Assembly (NCBI GenBank): GCA_965205025.1
Contig: CBDBFU010000002.1
Span: forward strand, 32,001 to 96,000
Direction: 5' to 3'
Length of the DNA stretch: 64,000 bases
Origin: Candidatus Poribacteria bacterium
GTDB lineage: Bacteria; Poribacteria; WGA-4E; WGA-3G
Below are positions 21,881-31,126 of the stretch, one piece after another. Position 1 is the first letter of the stretch. Every line of letters starts with the position of its first letter. A program made the translations under genes and the position numbers. Below the pieces are notes generated by a model. It was not told where the DNA came from. It saw nothing but the letters and a program-made list of their open reading frames with translations, and made no database searches.

Positions 21881-22577
21881 ACTCAAGGATATTCATACAT
21901 ATTACGGAAACATACGTGCTGTCCGTGGAATCTCTATTGAGGTTAATGCAGGCGAAAAAGTGTGTATGATTGGTGCAAATGGTGCAGGTAAATCAACCAC
22001 ACTCATGACAATTTCAGGTGTTAATGCTCCTGTAGAAGGTAGTATAGAATTTGAAGGTGAGGATATAACATCTACCTCAGCAGAAGAACGAGTTACATTT
22101 GGAATTTCGCAAGTGCCTGAAGGACGTCTCATTTTTCCTGATATGACTGTCCTTGAAAACCTTGAACTGGGTGCTTACATTAGGAAAGATACTGTTGAAA
22201 TGAAATCCGATTTGGACAAAATATTCGGGTATTTTCCAATTCTTGCTAATCGTAGGAAACAGAGAGGTGGCAGTCTCAGCGGAGGTGAACAGCAGATGTT
22301 AGCTATCGGGAGATCCCTAATGTCTAATCCGAGACTTCTGCTATTGGATGAACCTTCTTTAGGACTCGCTCCCCTAATTGTCAAACAGATTTTTGAGATT
22401 ATTGAGCAAATTAATGAGGAGGGTACGACAATCCTATTGGTTGAACAGAATGCACAACTTGCTTTGAATGTTACAGACAGAGGTTATGTGATGGAAACGG
22501 GTGAGATAACAATTGATGGCGCCTCATCTGATCTATTAGCGGATGAGCGAGTTAGACAGGCCTACTTGGGGGAATAA
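21870..22577 (+). CDS. livF: Branched-chain amino acid ABC transporter ATP-binding protein (LivF-like)
   Basis: GANGAGKST, VPEGR, LSGGEQQMLAIGR, LDEPSLGLAP, VEQNA. Confidence 0.93.
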   Translation: MMLKLKDIHTYYGNIRAVRGISIEVNAGEKVCMIGANGAGKSTTLMTISGVNAPVEGSIEFEGEDITSTSAEERVTFGISQVPEGRLIFPDMTVLENLELGAYIRKDTVEMKSDLDKIFGYFPILANRRKQRGGSLSGGEQQMLAIGRSLMSNPRLLLLDEPSLGLAPLIVKQIFEIIEQINEEGTTILLVEQNAQLALNVTDRGYVMETGEITIDGASSDLLADERVRQAYLGE

Positions 22578-22582
22578 ATTAG

Positions 22583-23437
22583 ATGTTTCCAACGCTAATT
22601 CATTTCGGTACAATTGGTTCGACGCCGATAGGTATTCATAGTTACGGTGTCATGTTGGCGACATCCTTCATAGTTTGCAGCCTGATGTTACAACGCGAGT
22701 TGAACCGTAGAGGGTTTGAAGGTGAAGTTGCACCAACACTGGTCGCTGTAGGTGCTATTGGTGGGATAATCGGAGCAAAAATTTATTTTGTATTACTCGA
22801 TTTTAATATAGAGTGGGATGAGATATTCTCCGCCAGTGGATTGGTTTGGTATGGTGGTCTATTTGGTGGTGCGGCTTCGATAATTTGGTTTATTCATAGA
22901 TCTCCGAACCCTTTCCTACCAACAATTGACGTTATCGGTCCGCTCCTTTTACTTGGCTATGGTATCGGACGTATCGGATGTCTGCTTGCAGGTGATGGGG
23001 ATTACGGCCCACCCACCGATGTACCGTGGGCAATGTCGTTTCCAAACGGTACTGTACCTACCACAGAACTTGTTCACCCTACTCCAATTTATGAAACCCT
23101 TATGTCATTTATATGTTTCGGTGTTCTTTGGGCACAACGGGATAAATATGCGTCAATTCAAGGTCTAATTTTCGGGGCAAGTATTCTGTTGGTGGGTGTG
23201 GAGAGATTTATAGCAGAATTTTGGCGGTTAACACCACGAGTTTTTCCTGAAACATCTTCCTTGTCGTGGTTAACATCCCCACAGGTCGTGAGTATAATTC
23301 TGGTGTGTTTTGGGATTTTCTTTATGGTGTGGATGTATAAGCGTCCGAGGGTTGAAGTGGAAGTTCAAACTCCTGTTCCTGAACCTGAACCAAGAAGTGA
23401 AAAACAAAAAACACAAAGAAGAAGACGGAGAAGGTAA
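22583..23437 (+). CDS. lgt: Prolipoprotein diacylglyceryl transferase
   Basis: HSYG, GLVWYGG, GRIGCLLAGD, HPTPIYE, ERFIAEFWR; multiple TM helices. Confidence 0.9.
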   Translation: MFPTLIHFGTIGSTPIGIHSYGVMLATSFIVCSLMLQRELNRRGFEGEVAPTLVAVGAIGGIIGAKIYFVLLDFNIEWDEIFSASGLVWYGGLFGGAASIIWFIHRSPNPFLPTIDVIGPLLLLGYGIGRIGCLLAGDGDYGPPTDVPWAMSFPNGTVPTTELVHPTPIYETLMSFICFGVLWAQRDKYASIQGLIFGASILLVGVERFIAEFWRLTPRVFPETSSLSWLTSPQVVSIILVCFGIFFMVWMYKRPRVEVEVQTPVPEPEPRSEKQKTQRRRRRR

Positions 23438-23438
23438 A

Positions 23439-24716
23439 TTATTCACGCACCTGACCATCCCCATATATAATATATTTATAACTTGTCAATCCTTCCAATC
23501 CCATCGGACCACGGGAGTGGAGTTTTTGTGTACTTATCCCTACCTCAGCACCCAATCCAAATTCGTATCCATCGGTGAATACAGTACTTGCATTGACATA
23601 AACTGCTGCAGAATCTACCTCTTTTAAGAAACGCTCCGCAGCTGAATAACTTTCCGTAATGATTGCATCAGAATGATGTGACCCATACATTTCAATATGG
23701 TCAATCGCTGTATCCATACTATCAACAACCCGAATTGACAGAATATAATCAAGGTATTCTGTTTGCCAATCCTCTTCGGTTGCAGGTTTTGCAGATGAAA
23801 CTATCTTCTGAGTCCGTTCACATCCCCGAATTTCCACATCTTCACGCTGTAGGTTATCACAGATGTTAGGCAGGTATTCTTCAGCAACAGCCTCATGGAC
23901 TAATAATGTCTCTATAGCATTACAGACAGCGACTTTATACCCAACTTTTGCATTCATACAAAGATTGTTTGCCATAGCAAGGTCTGCCGCTGCATCCACA
24001 TATATATGACAGATGCCGTCTGCATGACCGAGTACTGGCACAGCAGATTCCCTCATCAATTTCTGCACGAATTCATTGCTACCACGCGGAATAACGAGAT
24101 CAACATAGTCTGGTAAACTGATGAGTTCATAAACTGCTTGCCGGTCAATGGTCTCAACGAATTGGATTGCATCCGGCACACCTTCTTTAGCTGCGGTATC
24201 ACCCAGTATATTTGCAAGGATCGTATTCGACTGAATTGCTTCAGAACCCCCTCGAAGGATAACACCGTTGCCGGATTTGATGCAAAGTGCTGATACTTCT
24301 ACTGTAACATCTGGTCGTGATTCATATATCACACCGACAACACCGATAGGAACACGTACTGTTCCAATTTTGAGTCCGTTAGGACGTTCTCGCATGCTGA
24401 TAACTTCACCGATCGGGTCGGGTAGTGCTGCGACTTGACGTAGGTTGTCAGCCATTCGATCAATTTTCTTATCATCCAGCAGTAGTCGTTGCATCAGCGG
24501 TTTAGGCACTCCAGTTTTTTCACCATTTTCTAAGTCAATTTGATTCACTGTCTGAATTTCTTTTCTTGACTTAAGTAGGTTTTCAGCCATTGCTAAGAGT
24601 GCGTTATTTCGTATATCGGCGGAACTCCGAGACAAAATACGCATTGCTGATTTTGCTTTTCGTGCTTTCGATTGGATCATGTTCGGTATGTTTTCGTTCA
24701 TATTATCCTTTATCAA
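23439..24716 (-). CDS. proA: Gamma-glutamyl phosphate reductase
   Basis: VPIGVVGVIYESRP, ILRGGSEA, VCNAIETLLVH, NASTVFTDG..GISTQKLHSRGPMGL. Confidence 0.96.
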   Translation of the reverse strand: MIKDNMNENIPNMIQSKARKAKSAMRILSRSSADIRNNALLAMAENLLKSRKEIQTVNQIDLENGEKTGVPKPLMQRLLLDDKKIDRMADNLRQVAALPDPIGEVISMRERPNGLKIGTVRVPIGVVGVIYESRPDVTVEVSALCIKSGNGVILRGGSEAIQSNTILANILGDTAAKEGVPDAIQFVETIDRQAVYELISLPDYVDLVIPRGSNEFVQKLMRESAVPVLGHADGICHIYVDAAADLAMANNLCMNAKVGYKVAVCNAIETLLVHEAVAEEYLPNICDNLQREDVEIRGCERTQKIVSSAKPATEEDWQTEYLDYILSIRVVDSMDTAIDHIEMYGSHHSDAIITESYSAAERFLKEVDSAAVYVNASTVFTDGYEFGLGAEVGISTQKLHSRGPMGLEGLTSYKYIIYGDGQVRE

Positions 24717-24732
24717 TTAGGTGTATAAGACA

Positions 24733-24978
24733 TTATTTCCGTTCTTTAGCGATATGTTTATGAATTAGGTCAAGTACAACTTGTACCAATTCTGTAGGAA
24801 TTGCCATCAACGTACTTGATTCATTCTGTAATGCTTCTTCTGCTTCAGCGATTGCTTCATCCTCTGTTTGTTGATCATAATAATCAATAACGTCTTGCAC
24901 ACGCTTTTCATCCCATTCGATGGGTAATCCTGTTATTAGGTTATTATCAGAACATATGTTGCTATTATTCTTTACCAT
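24733..24978 (-). CDS. Small hypothetical protein, antitoxin-like acidic family
   Basis: LPIEWDEKRVQDVIDYYDQQTEDEAIAEAE..IPTELV resembles a recurrent small-protein family; no partner toxin seen; start uncertain. Confidence 0.55.
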   Translation of the reverse strand: MVKNNSNICSDNNLITGLPIEWDEKRVQDVIDYYDQQTEDEAIAEAEEALQNESSTLMAIPTELVQVVLDLIHKHIAKERK

Positions 24979-25100
24979 CGGATAATTATAGCAGAATTTG
25001 GGCAAGTTAGCAAATATTGTATAATGTAATAGTGTATTTGCGTGTCTGTCAAAGTTTGACTCTATTCAACTGTTATGGTATACTGATTTTAGTATAATTT

Positions 25101-25699
25101 GACGTGAGTTTGATAAATCATATTTTATATTCGGTGCGGTTAGGAAACCGCACCATAGGCGTCAATTTTAGAATATTACTTTATAGAATATGTCTACAAA
25201 TCTACTATTGCTATAACATAACAAGCTATCATACACTAAATGGAGTCCCGTAGGAACGGAATGTTTATAGCAAAGATGCTTGCTTCATATTCTTGAGTCC
25301 CGTAGGGACGGAATGTTTATAGATATACGGGACTGTATCCGTTCTAAAGACACATGGATGTCTTCAATAGACCTGTCTACGAAATGTTTATAGAAGTTCA
25401 TACGTCTCATAAGAACTCCACCTATATGTTGATATAGACATTCCGTCCCTACGGGACTCTTTCGGTTAATTGATCCTTTTTCTATAGACATTCCGTCCCT
25501 ACGGGACTCAAAACAATAAATCATAGTCTAAATTGAGGCTAATAGTGCGGTTGGGAAACCGCACCTACCGGTCTGGGATACAACACTATTTATCTTAAAT
25601 TGACGCTAATGGTGCGGTTAGGAAACCGCACCTACCGGGCGTATAAGAGTAATATTTTTTGAAAAATGAAGCTTATTTGCCTATTATCAAACTCACGTT
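25101..25699. mobile_element. Nested non-autonomous element (MITE-like) cluster
   Basis: Outer IR ACGTGAGTTTGATAA / TTATCAAACTCACGT. Inner element 25155-25610 with ends ATAGGCGTCAATTT / AAATTGACGCTAAT is flanked by a 22-bp direct repeat GGTGCGGTTAGGAAACCGCACC. Four internal copies of TAGACATTCCGTCCCTACGGGACTC (two inverted). Confidence 0.75.
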
Positions 25700-25760
25700 A
25701 TAATTGACGCAATGCTACGAAGAAATATCGTGGCTTTAATGGAACTGTAAAGGAGTCCAA

Positions 25761-26015
25761 ATGAAGGTTACAGTTAAATACTTTGCCGTATGTCATGAGA
25801 TGTTAGATAGATCCGAAGAAGAGATGGAACTTCCAGAAGATGCTACTGTAAGGACGATATTAAAACGACTTGAGGAGGAATGGCCCGAAATCGCTGAATT
25901 TTATGAAGTGATGCAAATGTCGGTCAATTGGGAGTATGCAACTGAAGACACTGAACTCACAGAAGGTGATGAAGTAGCATTGATTCCACCTGTTACCGGA
26001 GGAACAGATGTTTAA
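25761..26015 (+). CDS. moaD: Molybdopterin synthase sulfur carrier subunit
   Basis: MKVTVKYFA..SVNWEY..GDEVALIPPVTGG followed by a TDV extension. Confidence 0.9.
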   Translation: MKVTVKYFAVCHEMLDRSEEEMELPEDATVRTILKRLEEEWPEIAEFYEVMQMSVNWEYATEDTELTEGDEVALIPPVTGGTDV

Positions 26016-26448
26016 GATTACTTCTGAAGTTATTACGGGGGAAGAAGTAAAGGAAGCAGTAGAAGCACCGGATGCGGGGGCGGTCGTTTTATTCTTTGGC
26101 ACTGTTCGGAATAATACAGATGGTAGACCGACAAAATATCTTGAATATGAAGCATATCCTCCAATGGCAGAAAAGAAGATGACAGAGATTTCAGAAGAAA
26201 TTGCGGATAAGTGGGGTATCCATCGTGTTGCGATGATTCACCGCGTAGGTAAATTAGAAATCGGTGAAGTCAGTGTGGCTGTAGCGGTTGCTTCTCCACA
26301 TCGAAAAGATGGGTTTGAAGCGTGTCAATATGCTATGAACCGTCTAAAACAGATTGTCCCTATTTGGAAACGTGAGGTATGGGTAGATGGAGAGGCAGAC
26401 TGGGTAAAACCGGATGCTGTGTTTTTTGAAGAATTACCTGAGAGGTAG
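26008..26448 (+). CDS. moaE: Molybdopterin synthase catalytic subunit
   Basis: GAVVLFFGTVRN, LEYEAY, HRVG, SPHR, LKQIVPIWKRE. Confidence 0.95.
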   Translation: MFKITSEVITGEEVKEAVEAPDAGAVVLFFGTVRNNTDGRPTKYLEYEAYPPMAEKKMTEISEEIADKWGIHRVAMIHRVGKLEIGEVSVAVAVASPHRKDGFEACQYAMNRLKQIVPIWKREVWVDGEADWVKPDAVFFEELPER

Positions 26449-26549
26449 TTAGTTAACAGATTAAAGACAGAATTTCTCTCCAAACTTGTACCGTGAACTT
26501 CCAGTTTGCGGAATAAAGATGTACAAACTAAATCAAGATTAAATAAATA

Positions 26550-26735
26550 GTTCGGTTGATATAGACATTCCGTCCCTACGGGACTCATTCGGTTAATTGA
26601 TTCGTTTTCTATAGACATTCCGTCCCTACGGGACTCAAGGAATCAAGGAATCAACGGTATGAATGACATTTAGTCATTCACCGGGTATGAATGCTATTTA
26701 GCATTCCCCGTGGTTAGGAAACCGAACCTACCGTG
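26550..26735. repeat. REP-like repeat cluster
   Basis: Two TATAGACATTCCGTCCCTACGGGACTC copies, two GGTATGAATG..CATTC hairpins and GGTTAGGAAACCGAACCTAC, all shared with the 25 kb and 31.8 kb clusters. Confidence 0.8.
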
Positions 26736-26819
26736 TTTGGGAGAATTAGAATTACCGATTTAAAAAATTAATCTTCATAAAATTTGTGCTACATCGGTAG
26801 CAACTTAGGCTAAAATAGG

Positions 26820-27941
26820 CTATAGACAGAATTTCTCTACAAACTTATTAAAAATATCACTTCCCAGATCAAACTGATCTAACGCCATCCATTCATCAAC
26901 AGTATGTGCCTGTAAAATACTTCCTGGACCTATTATGACAGTATCCATGTGATTTGAAAAGCATGCAGCGTCTGTACTGTATGCGACAGTATGGGGTTTT
27001 GTATCACCCGTAATTTCAAGTGCTGCTTGTATAATTTCTGCATCAGGTGCTGTACGTACAGGACCTGCATTAATGAATAGATCAAAATCTAACTCGTACT
27101 TCTCAGCAGATTCGCGTGCTTTATTTATCCATAATTCAGCATCATCCCCTGGCATTGGACGGTAGTTTATAGTACATACACTCTCAGGTGAGGTTATGTT
27201 TGCTGTACACCCGCCATCATTGATGGTGATATTCCAGTCCGTATATGGTGGTGTAAATTCTGTATTGTAGTATTTGGTGTCCGTGGTTAATTCCTGATAG
27301 ATATCACGCATTTCTGAAAGGAATGGAATTAGTTTTAAGGTAGCATTATCACCTTCACCCGTACTACTATGTGCAGCACGTCCGTGTGCAGTCACAGAAA
27401 ATCGTACTGCTCCTTTGTGTGCGTATACGGCTTTCAATTCCGTAGGTTCACCGACTACCCCGTATTGTGGGAATCCATATTTTTGAAACATTTCTGACTT
27501 TGCTGCGACGGCTCTTGCCCCAAAATAGCCGACCTCTTCGTCAGCGGTTATCACAACATAAAGAGGTGCATCTAATTGGGATGGAGAATAACGGGATGCA
27601 ACCTCAATCATACAGGAAACGCTTCCCTTCATATCACAACTTCCACGTCCGTACATTTTGCCATCAACAATCCGTGCTTCAAATGGATTTTCTGACCAAC
27701 CGACTGCTGGAACAGTGTCTATGTGTCCAAGCAAGGCGAGTCCCCGTTCACCAGAGTTGCGTCCCTTTCTACCTATCAGATTGACTTTAAGGACACCCGC
27801 TGGATCGGTATATTCCACACGTTCAACTTCACAATCAATGGACTCTAACACTCCGGTGAGGTAATCCATGACTTCAACGTTGGTTTTGGAACTTACGGTA
27901 TCATACGTGATGAGAGTCTTCGTTAATTCTATTGCATTCAT
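26820..27941 (-). CDS. argE: M20 family peptidase / acetylornithine deacetylase
   Basis: LLGHIDTVP, GRGSCDMKG, ADEEVG, GEPT, AHKG, GRAAHSS, AHTVDEW. Confidence 0.85.
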   Translation of the reverse strand: MNAIELTKTLITYDTVSSKTNVEVMDYLTGVLESIDCEVERVEYTDPAGVLKVNLIGRKGRNSGERGLALLGHIDTVPAVGWSENPFEARIVDGKMYGRGSCDMKGSVSCMIEVASRYSPSQLDAPLYVVITADEEVGYFGARAVAAKSEMFQKYGFPQYGVVGEPTELKAVYAHKGAVRFSVTAHGRAAHSSTGEGDNATLKLIPFLSEMRDIYQELTTDTKYYNTEFTPPYTDWNITINDGGCTANITSPESVCTINYRPMPGDDAELWINKARESAEKYELDFDLFINAGPVRTAPDAEIIQAALEITGDTKPHTVAYSTDAACFSNHMDTVIIGPGSILQAHTVDEWMALDQFDLGSDIFNKFVEKFCL

Positions 27942-28041
27942 AGTTTCGTATTCTACAAATAAGCAGGAAGTATGTCAATTCTTTTTTGTATCATTGGTTT
28001 CTGATTTATAGTAAACTTTAGATTTAATTAGACACTTTACT

Positions 28042-28131
28042 TGTAGGAGCGACCTCCCGGTCGCGACCAGGAGGTCGCTCCTACAGAAGAGGGGCCCGGT
28101 CGCGACCAGGAGGTCGCTCCTACAGAAGAGG
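28042..28131. repeat. GTAG-type REP doublet with partial tandem duplication
   Basis: TGTAGGAGCGACCTCCCGGTCGCGACCAGGAGGTCGCTCCTACA palindrome; the segment CCCGGTCGCGACCAGGAGGTCGCTCCTACAGAAGAGG occurs twice (28056 and 28095). Confidence 0.85.
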
Positions 28132-28189
28132 TGTGGGACGCAAACGTAAGTTGAGCCAACTGTAGACATATTATTTTTTGGAGGTTTTC

Positions 28190-28609
28190 TTGAAATATAA
28201 CAATAATATCTATTCATCTATTTTCTATTTAGCATTCGCATGTATGCTCCTGACCATACCATTTATGTTGGGATGTAGTGGCAAAACAATTGAAACTGAT
28301 AGTTCTGACATGCCAACCCTATCTGGGACAATTACAGAAATTGACGACCATGGAAACGCGGTTACAGATATAACTGTCCAAGCATTTACAAAAAACGGCT
28401 GGAAACTTGGAGATAGTCTTGAAGTAGCTTTCTCAACAGGACAAAAGATAACTATAAAATATGTTGAGAATTATAGCGATGTACCTGATGGTGATTATTT
28501 AGGTCGGTTTTCTACTTCGACTGGTCATTTCAAGATTGCTATTAATAACGGTTATCTTGCAGGTGCTTTGAAATTAAAAGCTCCAACGCAAATTGGTATT
28601 ACAAAGTAG
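28190..28609 (+). CDS. Lipoprotein consisting of a SAM hydrolase/halogenase C-terminal-like domain
   Basis: GTITEIDDHGNAVTDI..YSDVPDG..FSTSTGHFKIAINNG resembles SAM_HAT_C (DUF62 C-terminal); lipobox MLGC; TTG start 5 nt after GGAGG. Confidence 0.7.
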   Translation: MKYNNNIYSSIFYLAFACMLLTIPFMLGCSGKTIETDSSDMPTLSGTITEIDDHGNAVTDITVQAFTKNGWKLGDSLEVAFSTGQKITIKYVENYSDVPDGDYLGRFSTSTGHFKIAINNGYLAGALKLKAPTQIGITK

Positions 28610-28667
28610 CGTTTGTTCTATAGTAAAACCTATATCTGTTAACATCCGATTGAGAAATCTACAACTC

Positions 28668-28910
28668 CATTCACGGAAACCTTCACGGAGCAATTCTACG
28701 GACCCTTATCCTATAAGGGTTTATAATTTAAAGTATACCCATTCTCCGTGAATCACATATGTTAATCACACTACAACTTAATTGTGTGTTGAGTTTTCTA
28801 TAGACATAGTACTCCGCTGGAGTACGGTATTTTTGATATACAAAACTGAATAAAAATAGACTTATCATTAGATACTCAGCTTCCTCTGAATTAGAATTGT
28901 TAATCCTAAT
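28668..28910. repeat. Dispersed repeat A (copy 1 of 2)
   Basis: TTCACGGAAACCTTCACGGAGCAATT...TTCTCCGTGAATCACAT...TAGACATAGTACTCCGCTGGAGTACGGTATTTTTG...ATAGACTTATCATTAGAT recurs at 52015-52320. Confidence 0.85.
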
Positions 28911-29430
28911 ATACAGACAATAAATAAGGTCTAAAAACAGACATTTAATCCTAAATACTCGAACGGTAGATCGTGTTGGTGTTGCATTCTCTATGCATCG
29001 AAAACATGAAAAAAGTTACACTTTTTGTCACACGGTGTGACATTGAAATTGGTGTAATTTACCTGTATAACCCCTGTCATAGACTGACTTTATTCCACTT
29101 TGAATTGACTTTATAAGAAATTCTAAAAAATGTGTTTTTGTGTTATTGTTGTCCTTCCTGATTTTGAGATTCCCAACGGTTAAAAAGGTATGCTTTTTTG
29201 ACGTATATGAAACTCTGTAATTAGGATCGTTTTCGTGTAATGGATTAGCAAATATAAAATGAACTGTATGATATGGCATAAATATATTTTCCTTTTGACA
29301 AACATTATTGAGATGTTTGTCTATTCTTGTGATATATGTATGTTAGTTGTTAGAGATGAATGTTTTCTTCATTTTTTTTGTTTGATTGGTTTCATTTACT
29401 TCTTATTAATGCCAAATACTTTACACACCC
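28900..29430. repeat. Dispersed AT-rich repeat B (copy 1), ending in TGCCAAATACTTTACACACCC
   Basis: Colinear inverted homologue at about 63290-63830; shares the terminal motif and the TGTCACACGGTGTGACA palindrome block with 52360-53530. Confidence 0.8.
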
Positions 29431-29520
29431 CGATACTCCGTAATAAGTTGATTTTTCTGACGGATTCTTATACAATGTAGATAAGTGGGAACATCAGAAA
29501 ACAATTCGTTTTTTGTGTTC

Positions 29521-29550
29521 AATTAGGGGGTTACAGCCCCCTAATTTTTT
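29521..29550 (+). terminator. Hairpin with T tract
   Basis: AATTAGGGGG-loop-CCCCCTAATTTTTT. Confidence 0.55.
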
Positions 29551-29671
29551 ATTTCATATACCATATAAACCTAATCAATACAGGGGATTATCGCACTTTT
29601 CATACATTTTACCAAGTCTAAAACAACTAATTCCGAAACCGAATGATGCTGAATGAAAAAAGGAGAAAACG

Positions 29672-30058
29672 ATGACGATTAGATTTGTATCAATCATTCT
29701 ATTTGTGTCGATCCTCAATATGCCGATGCTCGTATCCGCGCAGGAGTCGGTATCTGAAGCACAGCAAGCTCGCGCTGATGCTGAAAAAGATGCTGAACAG
29801 AACGTTTCCTCACTCGCATGGGGATTCGGAGGTTTTGCGTTTAACGTTTTTGGCGTTGGCTATGCATACTTTGCAACCCCACGCATACCCGCAGGGACGT
29901 TACTTGAAAAAACACCAACGTATACTGAGACTTATACCCAAGTATACCGCTATCACGCCAAGCGGCGACGGCTGCAAGCCTCTGTTATCGGTTTGGGTGT
30001 ATTAATTGCTATTGGTATATTGGCTAGAACTTTTCGTAAAAGCCGTCAAAATTCATAA
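29672..30058 (+). CDS. Hypothetical exported/membrane protein
   Basis: RBS AGGAG; signal peptide ending VSA-Q; two further hydrophobic segments. Confidence 0.75.
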   Translation: MTIRFVSIILFVSILNMPMLVSAQESVSEAQQARADAEKDAEQNVSSLAWGFGGFAFNVFGVGYAYFATPRIPAGTLLEKTPTYTETYTQVYRYHAKRRRLQASVIGLGVLIAIGILARTFRKSRQNS

Positions 30059-30189
30059 ACAAAAAGGGATGGGTTGCTGGTAGGTTTGAATGGAAGTGGT
30101 ATGGAAGAAGAGAAGGATGGAAGATTGTGAGTGGAAGGTTATCTGAATGAATGTTGATATACAGCTAATCAGCGTGTAGGATTCTGTCT

Positions 30190-30232
30190 TGTCTGAATCA
30201 CGGATTACGCAGATTACACGGATTACACGGAA
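30190..30232. repeat. Short tandem 9-bp repeat
   Basis: TCTGAATCACGGATTACGCAGATTACACGGATTACACGGA. Confidence 0.6.
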
Positions 30233-30339
30233 TGGAATTGGTGGTATAAGGTTTCTTGGACAGGATAGATGTTTGTGGATCTGAACCATGGATTACTTTG
30301 ATCACTCCGCTCCTTGTATATCTCAACGAGTGGAAGTTG

Positions 30340-31056
30340 TCAAGGATGTGGCGGTGTATCCGGTCTATCTACATATGCTTGCACCATAGATGCCAGTTTC
30401 GGGTTACGTTTAATGAGCATTGAAATGATCTGGAGCAGGTTGGATTTCGGTTTCAACGCAAGCGTGGGGAGTAAGTCTCCGATGTGGAGGAATGTCTCTG
30501 GTGCTTCAATATAGGTTAAAAGGAGTGCGACAATATGTTTACAGTCTCCCTCCCAATCATAAGGACAGGAACAGCGAGTGTTGGCAATCCCGGATGGCTC
30601 CAGTTCCGCAGATGTATGATATGGTCTTATATTTGATCCTTCACACCTTGCCGACAACGTCCAGTCTTGAAGTACTGGGTTGCTGATAGCACCGGCGAAG
30701 AAGTATGCTACACCGCGTTCATAACTCTGTTCCGTGCATCTGCTACGAACCTGATGGGGGGTAAGGTCGGGAAGTTGCTTATCCGACGACAATTGTTTTG
30801 GGTCTGATGTCCCTTCTCCGTCAGCAGACTCTTCAATCCGGTCAATACAATCACTGCAGAGGGTGTAGTAGCGAACAGAATCTTGAGAAGGATCGATGAC
30901 ACCATTAACAACGTGTCTGAGTTCTTCAAACTGTGTCTTGTTCAGATGTGCTTCAAATACACTAAACTGAACGCGGGTGCCATACCCTTTTAATACTTTG
31001 GCAAGTTTGTTGCGTCTTTGGTCATCTGGTATGTCGTAAGAAATAATATAAAACAT
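30340..31056 (-). CDS. cas2: Cas2-domain / SWIM zinc-finger fusion protein (orphan; frame open upstream to 31188)
   Basis: MFYIISYDIPDDQRRNKLAKVLKGYGTRVQFSVFEAHL..DSVRYYTLCSDC is a typical Cas2 signature. C-terminal YERG..CSCPYDWEGDCKHIVALL is a SWIM CxC..CxH motif. Confidence 0.85.
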   Translation of the reverse strand: MFYIISYDIPDDQRRNKLAKVLKGYGTRVQFSVFEAHLNKTQFEELRHVVNGVIDPSQDSVRYYTLCSDCIDRIEESADGEGTSDPKQLSSDKQLPDLTPHQVRSRCTEQSYERGVAYFFAGAISNPVLQDWTLSARCEGSNIRPYHTSAELEPSGIANTRCSCPYDWEGDCKHIVALLLTYIEAPETFLHIGDLLPTLALKPKSNLLQIISMLIKRNPKLASMVQAYVDRPDTPPHP

Positions 31057-31126
31057 TTGCTGAAGTCTTCGGTAATTAGTCCAAAACCTCCGTGTTGTCT
31101 TGTGGATGTACCCCGATCCGCGTGAT

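Noticed and set aside
25285-26618. ORFs 25285-25524 and 26325-26618 sharing the peptide SPVGTECLYQ
   Set aside because: The similarity comes from translating the same DNA repeat; there is no RBS or domain support. The same applies to 31789-31986.
25432-26637. 27-bp direct repeats with 23-bp spacers resembling a mini CRISPR array near the orphan cas2
   Set aside because: Only doublets; the spacers at 25.4 kb and 26.6 kb are nearly the same sequence, and copies also occur inverted. This is REP/MITE behaviour, not spacer acquisition.
29026-29042. TGTCACACGGTGTGACA as a CRP/FNR-type site
   Set aside because: The half-sites are in the opposite order and spacing to TGTGA-N6-TCACA; treated as part of repeat B.
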